DNA of 64,000 nt from assembly GCA_965215275.1 (NCBI GenBank), contig OZ244044.1, forward strand, positions 736,001-800,000, read 5' to 3'. Shown one piece after another: positions 9,071 to 17,730 of the stretch (position 1 is the stretch's first letter; the number at the start of each line of letters is the position of its first letter). Source of the stretch: Thermodesulfobacteriota bacterium (GTDB taxonomy: Bacteria > Desulfobacterota_D > UBA1144 > Nemesobacterales > JAJCZQ01). A program made the translations under genes and the position numbers. Under the pieces are notes generated by a model. That model was given only the letters and a program-made list of their open reading frames with translations. It searched no databases and was not told the DNA's origin.

Positions 9071-10395
9071 GCTTTTTTCATTATCACAATATATTCGTAT
9101 TGGTATGCCATCTTTTTATTTGTGTTGGAATGACTAGTAAATTTTCCCGTCTTAATATCACGCCACGGAGTAATAGCTTTATTGTTTGCTGCTTCTCTTT
9201 TTATAAACTTTACCTTTTTAAATCCGAGATTGACCATTTGTTCCGCAGCAACCTCGGCGTTATGTATTTTTACATCCTTTAGATTCGTATTTCCAATAAC
9301 AATGCAGGCATGAGCACCTTTCTTTAAGACATTGTACATTTCGGTAAATGCCATATTCATATCGGAAAAATAATTTCCAACATTAGTAGCAAGTGGTTTT
9401 TTCTTTTTTGCTAACTTGCCGACAATGTTTTCAGCTAGCACGCTGTTGTAGTGAATCGCTGACTTGTTTTTATGTTTTGTCCCTATAAAATTTTTTCTAA
9501 ATTTTGAAAAATCTGATGCATGTTTATTCCAGTGCTTAAAATCAGGGTCATTACCAAACCACAGTAATGAAAGTTGGTGTAAATCAGCATATTCATAAGA
9601 TATAACATACGGTGGTGATGTTACTATCAAATTTATTGAATTCTGTGCAACAGGCAATTTTTTTGTTGCATTTCTACGATACATTTTTGCAGGAATATTA
9701 AGGTTGCCTCGTTGGTGTAATTCGTTGAAATATGCAGTATTTTTCTTAACCATTGACTTCACATGTTGCAAGAAGGTTTTTATAGGGAATTGTGGCACTT
9801 TTTTCTTGTCAATCGTTGGCTTGATACTCTTCATTAACCATCTGGAGGCGTTCTTTAAGTTATGCGAAAATGCCACCAAAAAGAACCTTCGCACTTTTCT
9901 CTCTTTTACATGCTTGATATTTGAATAAATATAATCAAGTTCATGAACGATATCCTCGTCAAACCAATAGTAGATACGCTCATTTCGTTTAATATGGTAG
10001 GAGTATTTTTTTTCGGGAGAATATCTTTTCAAATGTAACAGCAAATTTTTAAGTTCTCCATCTAAAATCTCTGGATTTATTGGTGTGACCTTAGCTTGAG
10101 TTATTAATTTTGCAATTGGGTTTACATCTATGCCCACACTTTTTCTACCCAGTAACTTAGATTCAACAAGCGTTGTACCACATCCACCAAATGGATCCAA
10201 AACCGTATCTCCGACATTTGTATATTCGGAAATTAACCTGTCTACTATTTGCGGGATAAATTTTGCCGGATAGCGATGATAGCTGTGCGTGTAAGCACTT
10301 GTGTTCGCTCTTGATTCGTTTGCAAAAGACCACTTTTTACTTGGCTTTAAACCGGAAAATTGTGTCACAATTTTTTTGGTAGTTAAGGTGGTCAT
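9067..10395 (-). CDS. DNA amino-methyltransferase (N4-C/N6-A)
   Basis: HRYPAKF, LDPFGGCGTT, TSPPY. Confidence 0.9.
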   Translation of the reverse strand: MTTLTTKKIVTQFSGLKPSKKWSFANESRANTSAYTHSYHRYPAKFIPQIVDRLISEYTNVGDTVLDPFGGCGTTLVESKLLGRKSVGIDVNPIAKLITQAKVTPINPEILDGELKNLLLHLKRYSPEKKYSYHIKRNERIYYWFDEDIVHELDYIYSNIKHVKERKVRRFFLVAFSHNLKNASRWLMKSIKPTIDKKKVPQFPIKTFLQHVKSMVKKNTAYFNELHQRGNLNIPAKMYRRNATKKLPVAQNSINLIVTSPPYVISYEYADLHQLSLLWFGNDPDFKHWNKHASDFSKFRKNFIGTKHKNKSAIHYNSVLAENIVGKLAKKKKPLATNVGNYFSDMNMAFTEMYNVLKKGAHACIVIGNTNLKDVKIHNAEVAAEQMVNLGFKKVKFIKREAANNKAITPWRDIKTGKFTSHSNTNKKMAYQYEYIVIMKKA

Positions 10396-10439
10396 ATTTT
10401 ATAATCTAAACAAGTTCGTTGATACTTACATTATACAAT

Positions 10440-10528
10440 CGGAGAGGGAGGGATTCGAACCCTCGAAGGGGGTTAAGCCCCTTACTCGCTTAGCAGGCGA
10501 GCGCCTTCGTCCACTCGGCCACCTCTCC
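10440..10528 (-). tRNA. tRNA-Ser(GCT)
   Basis: GGAGAGGTGGCCGAGTGG...GCT anticodon, long variable arm, GGTTCGAATCC. Confidence 0.95.
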
Positions 10529-10666
10529 TACATGAACAGGTAAAAATAACTTAACAGAAAAAGGGTGTCAATTTGCAGTTACTGGGGGTCATTACACCTC
10601 ACTGCCTCTGATGCTCATACCTTTCAGGATGTAACTCACCGACCATGGCGGCAACGTATCTGCCCT

Positions 10667-12052
10667 TCACAGCTGTTCTTTTTCGGTATCATCAAGAGTT
10701 GGACCAAATTGAACCTCTATAATATGAAGCTGGTCATCTGCTGTGTTCTCAACCCTGTGAACTCTTAATCCGGAAATGGTAATGGTGTCTTTTTCTTTTA
10801 AAATTTCGGTCAGATTACCGTTAGTCACTCTGGCAACGCCTTTTGATATAATCCAGCGTTTTAAGCAGTGATCACGTTCCTGCAGCGATAATCTGCACCC
10901 GGGATCCACAACCAGCCTCTTCACCCTGTATTCCCGTTCACTATGAAGGTCCGTAAAATAACCCCAAGGTTTATACACGGTCTTATGCTTCAGGACTTCG
11001 TTCTTACCGCTCTTTTTCAGATCTTCAACCACAGAGCTGATCCGAGAAGTGGAGCTCAGGTCGGATATTAAAACTGCATCACCTGTATCGACCACGGCCA
11101 GGTCGGATAGACCGCTGGCTACGACCAGTCTGCTTTCAGCCTTTATCAGGCAGTTCTTTGAGTTACTGACCAGAACGTTGCCTTCAAGAACGTTACCATC
11201 GCCTCCCTTAGGAAGATAATTATAAACCGACCGCCAGGAACCAACGTCGCTCCAGTTGAACAAAGCCGGTAAGACCGCTCCATTGTCCGTTGATTCCATA
11301 ATGGCCTTATCAACGGATATATCCGGCAGTGTTTCATAAAGCTGACGGGATAGATTATCCAGATCCATATCACCGAACGTATCAATGGTCTTCTTAAGTC
11401 GTTCCCTGCACTCACTGATAAAAACGGATGCCCTGAACGCAAAGATCCCGCTGTTCCAGAACCAGTTGCCCTTTTTAATGTATTTTCTGGCACTGGTCAG
11501 GTTCGGCTTTTCTACAAAACCGTTCATATAAAAAGCATGCTCGCTGATCTTTCTGCCCGCTTCGATATATCCGTAATCCGTTTCGGGACTTACCGGTTTA
11601 ATACCGAAAGTCACTATGAAACCATCCCTTGCCAGAGATTCTGCATTCTTTATGGAATCACGAAATCCATCGGGATTATCTATCACGTGGTCGGAAGGAA
11701 ATACAAAGATTACGGCATCATCTGCTTCCTTTAAGATCTTTAACGTACCGAGCAGGATCGCAGGAGCGGTATTTCGTCCAGCCGGTTCGGAAATGATCTG
11801 AGAACTTATCTCCGGATTGTACCTTCTCAGATGCCTCTGCACTTCTGTCTTATGATCTCTGCCCACAACGACCGATATCTGCTCACGACCGAACACGTCC
11901 AGAAGTCTTTTATAAGTAGACTGTATAAGTGACCCTGGACCGATGATCTCGGAGAACTGCTTGGGATGATACTTTCTTGAAAGCGGCCAAAGCCTTGTGC
12001 CCGAACCGCCTGCAAGTACAACAGCATAGACCTTTAATTTGTTTTCAGCCAT
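10667..12052 (-). CDS. manC: Mannose-1-phosphate guanylyltransferase / mannose-6-phosphate isomerase
   Basis: LAGGSGTRLWPLSR, FVEKP, WSDVGSW, C-terminal cupin. Confidence 0.93.
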   Translation of the reverse strand: MAENKLKVYAVVLAGGSGTRLWPLSRKYHPKQFSEIIGPGSLIQSTYKRLLDVFGREQISVVVGRDHKTEVQRHLRRYNPEISSQIISEPAGRNTAPAILLGTLKILKEADDAVIFVFPSDHVIDNPDGFRDSIKNAESLARDGFIVTFGIKPVSPETDYGYIEAGRKISEHAFYMNGFVEKPNLTSARKYIKKGNWFWNSGIFAFRASVFISECRERLKKTIDTFGDMDLDNLSRQLYETLPDISVDKAIMESTDNGAVLPALFNWSDVGSWRSVYNYLPKGGDGNVLEGNVLVSNSKNCLIKAESRLVVASGLSDLAVVDTGDAVLISDLSSTSRISSVVEDLKKSGKNEVLKHKTVYKPWGYFTDLHSEREYRVKRLVVDPGCRLSLQERDHCLKRWIISKGVARVTNGNLTEILKEKDTITISGLRVHRVENTADDQLHIIEVQFGPTLDDTEKEQL

Positions 12053-12087
12053 AAGATATCCAGACTACACTTACAATACTGCCAGTT

Positions 12088-13605
12088 TTAGTTTATATGC
12101 CTGCTTCTCAGAAGGTCAAAGATACTTTTCACGGGATTGAACGTGGCAAGTGGCACTTCCACTAAAACGGTCAGCCAGCCAGCCATTGCACCATTCCAAA
12201 GCCCTGGCAGCTCAAGGGCTTGAAACTCTTTTCCCCCGGCACTTTTTGAGGTAATTATTCCCGCGTCCGGATCAACGTAGTTTTTCAGGTCGAACTTCTT
12301 TCCCCTGTGGTCCCTGACCCAGCAGACAATATCCACGGGATTAAAGTGAGTGGACAGGCTCCATATGTCCGCCTGGGACTTTACAGAACTGTCGACCTGC
12401 GACGATTCCACGATCTGAAGCCACTCATGACGGTCACCATATTTAATCCAAAACGGCCCCCCGCCCGTTTCGCCTTCGTTCCTGACCACGCCGCAAACCC
12501 TTATAGGTCTGTTAAATATCTCTTTACAGACAGACATCCTCTCGTCCGGTACAATGTTCTGACCGATATCGATAAACAGATATTTTTTTAAAAACTCACC
12601 GACCTCGGAAAAAAACCGATCAGACGTGCCGCCTGAATCAATAACATTTAAAAAACCGTGAACCCTGTCCTTTACGAACATCAGACATCCCCCGAGAAGC
12701 TTTTTGAACTCAGTGGTTTCCCGCAGGTATTTCTCTTTGGTCACGTTATCAACGTTCTTTATATATATCATATCAGCCTCGACCGAGTTCAGGTTATGTA
12801 TGAGCGCTCCATGTCCCGCGGGACGAAGTTTTAATTTACCATCATCGTCGATAACGGGACTACCTTTCATATCCACCGCTATCGTGTCGGTCGATGGACT
12901 TTGAACGGAACAGGTCAGATCGTACCGCGTCTTATCATCCTCATATACGGAACGCATTGACGACAGGTGCCGCTCTATCATTGTTTTTGCGTCTTCAGAA
13001 ACAGTAAAATGCACCCTGCATACATTGTCCTTTGTCCTGATATACTGCTTTGCTTCCACCAGATGCTCTTCAAAGGCGGTTTTTTCCCTGTTGCCGTCTT
13101 TATGGAACTTTATCAGTCCTTTGGGGATATTCGAGTAGTTCAGCCCTTTATCAAAGAGCAGTTTTTCAACGACCTCCGGAAAATCTTTATTATCATCCAG
13201 GCTGCAGACGGACCGCAGGTCGTCATAGAAGGCAAACCTGTGAAGATTTTCCATAAGTCTGCCCGTCTGCTCGTAGTCGTTCAGATCAGAAGAGCGTTCA
13301 TCTTTATATTCATAATACTCCGATAACAGGCCTTTGAACATTCGTGAGGCAGCCCCTGACGCGGGGACGAACTTTATTACGTCAAGACCTTCTAAACCTT
13401 TATTGTAAATATCTACAAAATACCCGGTGCTCTGCTCGTCAATCCTGATGATCCCATCGCCGACCTTTGCCGGTCTTATCAGCTCGACCGATATATTTCC
13501 CCTTCTGAGCTGGGAAAGCTGCCTCAGGACGTCACTTTTCGAGATACTTCTGTCTTTTAACTGCTTCCTGACGGGGTCACCGTTCAGTAAACGCTCGATT
13601 TCCAT
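12088..13605 (-). CDS. DUF4301 family protein
   Basis: KFVPASGAASRMFK, GGGPFW, ELPGLWNGAMA motifs. Confidence 0.85.
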   Translation of the reverse strand: MEIERLLNGDPVRKQLKDRSISKSDVLRQLSQLRRGNISVELIRPAKVGDGIIRIDEQSTGYFVDIYNKGLEGLDVIKFVPASGAASRMFKGLLSEYYEYKDERSSDLNDYEQTGRLMENLHRFAFYDDLRSVCSLDDNKDFPEVVEKLLFDKGLNYSNIPKGLIKFHKDGNREKTAFEEHLVEAKQYIRTKDNVCRVHFTVSEDAKTMIERHLSSMRSVYEDDKTRYDLTCSVQSPSTDTIAVDMKGSPVIDDDGKLKLRPAGHGALIHNLNSVEADMIYIKNVDNVTKEKYLRETTEFKKLLGGCLMFVKDRVHGFLNVIDSGGTSDRFFSEVGEFLKKYLFIDIGQNIVPDERMSVCKEIFNRPIRVCGVVRNEGETGGGPFWIKYGDRHEWLQIVESSQVDSSVKSQADIWSLSTHFNPVDIVCWVRDHRGKKFDLKNYVDPDAGIITSKSAGGKEFQALELPGLWNGAMAGWLTVLVEVPLATFNPVKSIFDLLRSRHIN

Positions 13606-13669
13606 AACAAGATCTGAATGATTTTACACGATCTTTTGCAAAGGTTTATACCAGAAACGTATTTGTACA

Positions 13670-13747
13670 TGGCGGGACCGACGAGATTTGAACTCGCGAC
13701 CTCTGGCTTGACAGGCCAGCGTTCTAACCAGGCTGAACTACGGCCCC
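13670..13747 (-). tRNA. tRNA-Asp(GTC)
   Basis: Cloverleaf with GTC anticodon and encoded CCA. Confidence 0.95.
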
Positions 13748-13755
13748 ACCGAACA

Positions 13756-13830
13756 TGGTGGGCGGTACAGGATTTGAACCTGTGACATCTTGCTTGTAAG
13801 GCAAGCGCTCTCCCGCTGAGCTAACCGCCC
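13756..13830 (-). tRNA. tRNA-Val(TAC)
   Basis: Cloverleaf with TAC anticodon and encoded CCA. Confidence 0.95.
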
Positions 13831-13894
13831 GAATTTTTGGATGAACTTTATAACCGAACAAAGCACGCCTGTCTAACAAAAAGTTTGAAGGTCA

Positions 13895-15166
13895 CTAAGA
13901 TGCAAGTCGTTCTTTCCCGTCAAAAAAATACAGCGGGTCACCTACGTTCTTTACCAGATCTTCGGTTATAACGCAGCGTTTCAAACCGCCCATTGACGGA
14001 GTTTTATATGAAATATCAAGCATGATCGACTCGATTATAGCCCTAAGACCACGAGCACCGGTTTTTTTCTCTATGGTTTCCTGAGCTATGGCCTCCAGCG
14101 CCCCATCGGTTACCTCCAGCTTAACGCCTTCCATCTCCATCAGTTTCTGGAACTGTTTTATAATGGCGTTCTTGGGCTGGGTCAGGATACTTACAAGCGA
14201 TTCCTTATCAAGCTCGTCCAGGACCGCCGTGACCGGTATCCTGCCGACAAACTCCGGTATAAGTCCGAACTGTATCTTATCCTCCGGCTGCAGCATCTTT
14301 AACAGTGAACTTCTGTCCTTTTCATCCACTTCGTCTATCTTGGCCTCAAAACCGATCGCCGTCTGCCTGATCCTGTTCTTTATGATCTGATCAAGACCAC
14401 AGAACGAACCACCACATATAAACAGGATATTGGAAGTATCTATCTGAATAAATTCCTGATGAGGGTGCTTTCTGCCACCTTTTGGAGGAATATTCACCTT
14501 TGCCCCTTCGATTATCTTTAATAATGCCTGCTGAACCCCTTCACCTGATACATCCCTTGTTATAGATGGATTATCCCCGGATTTCCTTGCCAGTTTATCT
14601 ATCTCGTCAATATAGATAATTCCCTTTGAGGCCCTTTCCACGTCATAATCGGCGGCGTGTAAAAGGCTGACTATTATATTCTCGACGTCTTCACCAACGT
14701 AACCGGCCTCGGTATAACAGGTCGCATCAACGATAGCGAACGGGACATCAAGCATTTCCGCCAGGGTCTGTGCTAAAAGGGTCTTTCCCGAACCAGTTGG
14801 ACCGATCAGCATAATATTGCTTTTCTGTACCTCTACCCCGTCTTTAATACCTATGGCCGCGTTCAGCCCGACCCTTTTGTAGTGATTGTAAACTGCAACT
14901 GAAAGGACCTTTTTTGCGTAATCCTGACTTATAACGTATTCATCAAGGAACGCTTTTATATCGGACGGGATCGGGAGGGACATATTAGGCGACCCATGAG
15001 AACACTGTCTTTTTTCGTCATCGATTATTATTTCATTGCAGAGCTTTATACACTCGTTGCATATATAAGCACTGGGACCCGCGACCAGCTTTACCACTTC
15101 CTTCTGGTCCTTACCGCAGAACGAGCAGTTTAAAACCCCTTCTTTACCTGTTCTACCCTTTTTCAT
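13895..15166 (-). CDS. clpX: ATP-dependent Clp protease ATP-binding subunit
   Basis: CSFC/CNEC zinc finger, [11 protein letters not shown] loop. Confidence 0.98.
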   Translation of the reverse strand: MKKGRTGKEGVLNCSFCGKDQKEVVKLVAGPSAYICNECIKLCNEIIIDDEKRQCSHGSPNMSLPIPSDIKAFLDEYVISQDYAKKVLSVAVYNHYKRVGLNAAIGIKDGVEVQKSNIMLIGPTGSGKTLLAQTLAEMLDVPFAIVDATCYTEAGYVGEDVENIIVSLLHAADYDVERASKGIIYIDEIDKLARKSGDNPSITRDVSGEGVQQALLKIIEGAKVNIPPKGGRKHPHQEFIQIDTSNILFICGGSFCGLDQIIKNRIRQTAIGFEAKIDEVDEKDRSSLLKMLQPEDKIQFGLIPEFVGRIPVTAVLDELDKESLVSILTQPKNAIIKQFQKLMEMEGVKLEVTDGALEAIAQETIEKKTGARGLRAIIESIMLDISYKTPSMGGLKRCVITEDLVKNVGDPLYFFDGKERLAS

Positions 15167-15340
15167 TTTTGAGAATACTCTCTTTTTTCGTCATCAATTA
15201 TTATTTCATTGCAGAGCTTTATACACTCGTTGCATATATAAGCGCTGGGACCCGCTACCAGTTTTTTCACGTCCTTCTGGTCCTTACTGCAGAACGAGCA
15301 ACTTAAACCCCTTTCTTTACCTGTTCTACCCTTTTTTCAT
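15163..15340 (-). pseudogene. Tandem duplicate of the clpX N-terminal zinc-binding domain
   Basis: 174-bp offset copy encoding [16 protein letters not shown]...CNECIKLC...EYSQK*; A6 instead of A5 after its ATG. Confidence 0.85.
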
Positions 15341-16002
15341 TTTACAGTAACCTCTTGATCAAGGGTTATAGAATCATCAACGGAACCTTCCTTGTCAAGT
15401 TCACCTTTTACCACCTCTTCTCTGTTACTGATTATAGTATCAGCCACCCCGTAGTCCACGGCATTCTGGGCGGTCATAAAGAAGTCCCTGTCCGTGTCTT
15501 TTTCGATCTTTTCCAGTGTCTGACCCGTGTGCAGTTCCAGTATCCTGTTCAGATTCTCTCTTATCCGGAGTATTTCCTTTGCATGTATCTGAATATCACT
15601 TGCCTGCCCCTGTATACCGGCAAGTACCTGGTGCAGCATTACCCTGGCATGGGGAAGGACGTACCTTTTCCCTTTTTTACCGGCAGCAAGAAGTACCGCT
15701 GCCATACTTGCGGCCTGACCGATGCATATCGTACAGACATCCGATCGTATGTACTGCATCGTGTCATAGATCGCCAGTCCCGAAGTTACGTTACCTCCAG
15801 GGGAGTTTATGTAAATGTAAAGGGGTTTCTGGGGATTTTCGGACTCCAGAAAAAGAAGCTGGGCGATCACCAGATCGGCAACGCTGTCGTTTATCGCCGA
15901 CCCTATGAATATTATCCTGTCCTTGAGCAGGCGGGAAAATATATCATAAGCCCTCTCCCCCTTGCTCGTCTGCTCAACCACTATCGGGACGTAACTTGAC
16001 AT
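15337..16002 (-). CDS. clpP: ATP-dependent Clp protease proteolytic subunit
   Basis: YINSPGG, AASM, MLHQ, DRD motifs. Confidence 0.97.
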   Translation of the reverse strand: MSSYVPIVVEQTSKGERAYDIFSRLLKDRIIFIGSAINDSVADLVIAQLLFLESENPQKPLYIYINSPGGNVTSGLAIYDTMQYIRSDVCTICIGQAASMAAVLLAAGKKGKRYVLPHARVMLHQVLAGIQGQASDIQIHAKEILRIRENLNRILELHTGQTLEKIEKDTDRDFFMTAQNAVDYGVADTIISNREEVVKGELDKEGSVDDSITLDQEVTVK

Positions 16003-16056
16003 AGCCCTCTGATACTACCTGAAATCAGTGCCGTTGTCAATCCTTAAGCCGATGGG

Positions 16057-17343
16057 TTAACCGTCAGACCCGCCGTCTGGTCCTTCTGTGATACTGGCCT
16101 TTTGCTTTATAAGTTCAACGACCTTGTCCTGCACGATCGATGCCTTGAGGTCCGCCAGCATGTTCGCATCTTTATAAACCTCTGCCACTTTGTCCATCGG
16201 CACCTGCATCGACGTCGCCAGTTCCTGTATCTTATCGTACGTTTCCTGGTCCGAAGCCGTTAAGTTCTCCTTTCTGGCGATCTCTGCAAATATAAGGGAA
16301 CTCTTGACGTTACTGACGGCGATCTCCCTGAACTTGGCCTGACCTCCTTCATCGATCTGCGGCGGTGACGACACGTTCTGAAAATTGGCATTGAACTCTC
16401 TTTTTAACCTGTCTTCCTCACCTTTTATCAAGCTCTCGGGTATTTCCATACTTACGCTTTTATTACAGATCTCAACTACCTGCTCTTTCAGCCTGTTCTG
16501 TTCCACGCTCTCACGCTGAGATGCAATTCTTTTTCTGATCTCACCCTTCAGTTCTTCCTCACCTTTAAGTCCTATCATCTTTGCGAACTCTTCCACCTCC
16601 GGGAACGTCCTGTCATATAGTTCAACCAGTTTTAAAACGTAACTCACGGTCTTACCGGCAGTTTCCTTGTACTGAAAGTCTTCTTCGTATTCAACGTCAA
16701 ACGTTGCCTTTTCACCTTTTTTCAGACCAATTATATTATCTTCAAATTCCTGGAGCAGATGTCCTTTTCCGAGAATGAACTTCTTGCTTTTCTGATCCGT
16801 ATCAGGAACTGGCTCACCACCGATCCTCCCTTCAAAATCGATCTCAACGACGTCCCCTTCCTTAGCTGCCCTGCCGTCTTCAACCACTTTATCCTGTGCG
16901 TTCCTTTCCATTAAGTTGTTCAGTGCCTTATCGACTTCCTCACCGGTAACTTCGACCCTGGACCTTTTTAACTCCAGTCCCTCATAGCTGGCAACCTCGA
17001 ACTTTGGAATTATCTCAAATACCGCCGAATAATGGAACTCTTCACCTTTTTTTATCTTTCCCGGAGTTACGTCCGGCTTGTTCACGGGCACAAGGTCAAC
17101 CTCCTTAAGTGCATCCTTAAATGATCCCGAAATGAGCTCTGAGATTATTTCACCGTCTATATCCTTTGCATACATTGATCTGACCAGGTTATCCGGTGCC
17201 TTGCCTTTACGAAATCCCTTGATATTGGCACTACGTTTGAACTCATTGAATATTGATGACATCTTCAGTTCAACTACGTCAGAAGGAACGTAAACGTCAA
17301 GTTTCTTCTCGGTCTCTTTCAGATCTTCTAAACTTACTTTCAT
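16057..17343 (-). CDS. tig: Trigger factor
   Basis: GFRKGKAP signature, FKBP domain, tig-clpP-clpX order. Confidence 0.96.
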   Translation of the reverse strand: MKVSLEDLKETEKKLDVYVPSDVVELKMSSIFNEFKRSANIKGFRKGKAPDNLVRSMYAKDIDGEIISELISGSFKDALKEVDLVPVNKPDVTPGKIKKGEEFHYSAVFEIIPKFEVASYEGLELKRSRVEVTGEEVDKALNNLMERNAQDKVVEDGRAAKEGDVVEIDFEGRIGGEPVPDTDQKSKKFILGKGHLLQEFEDNIIGLKKGEKATFDVEYEEDFQYKETAGKTVSYVLKLVELYDRTFPEVEEFAKMIGLKGEEELKGEIRKRIASQRESVEQNRLKEQVVEICNKSVSMEIPESLIKGEEDRLKREFNANFQNVSSPPQIDEGGQAKFREIAVSNVKSSLIFAEIARKENLTASDQETYDKIQELATSMQVPMDKVAEVYKDANMLADLKASIVQDKVVELIKQKASITEGPDGGSDG

Positions 17344-17450
17344 AACAGTTACTCCAGTAGCGAGGTTTAAAAATTAAGGTAATCTGATAATATACTTCTA
17401 AGTCGGTAAATTGTAAACATAGCCCTGTGGCAGTATTTTTGGAGGTTCAG

Positions 17451-17723
17451 ATGAAAGTCATACTATACTTATGCTTTATTCTTCTTGCCAGCGGATGCGG
17501 GATCGCAAAAGAGACGTCAAAAGGGCTGGAAGAGATCAGATCAAGTCTGAAAAGAGCAAATGAAAAACAGGAACTCCTGAGAGCCAGGGAACGGGTAAAG
17601 AGATCAAAATCCAAATATAATAAATGCCTCGGCAGCAGTTCAGACAGAAAACCGCACTGTGAAGACCTCAGACTGGAATATGAACAGATGGCTGAAGAAT
17701 ATATAAAACTTCAGCAGCAATAA
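17451..17723 (+). CDS. Small lipoprotein
   Basis: GGAGG RBS before ATG 17451; lipobox LASGC. Confidence 0.6.
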   Translation: MKVILYLCFILLASGCGIAKETSKGLEEIRSSLKRANEKQELLRARERVKRSKSKYNKCLGSSSDRKPHCEDLRLEYEQMAEEYIKLQQQ

Positions 17724-17730
17724 AATATAA

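Noticed and set aside
6552..10440. att-site duplication of the tRNA-Ser 3' end (likewise tRNA-Pro for 45634-48900)
   Set aside because: No repeat of either tRNA 3' end found at the far side of the islands, and no integrase present.
15355..15999. Long antisense ORFs over clpP, carB, rtcB, the CDC48 gene and others
   Set aside because: Shadow frames of well-supported genes with no motifs of their own.
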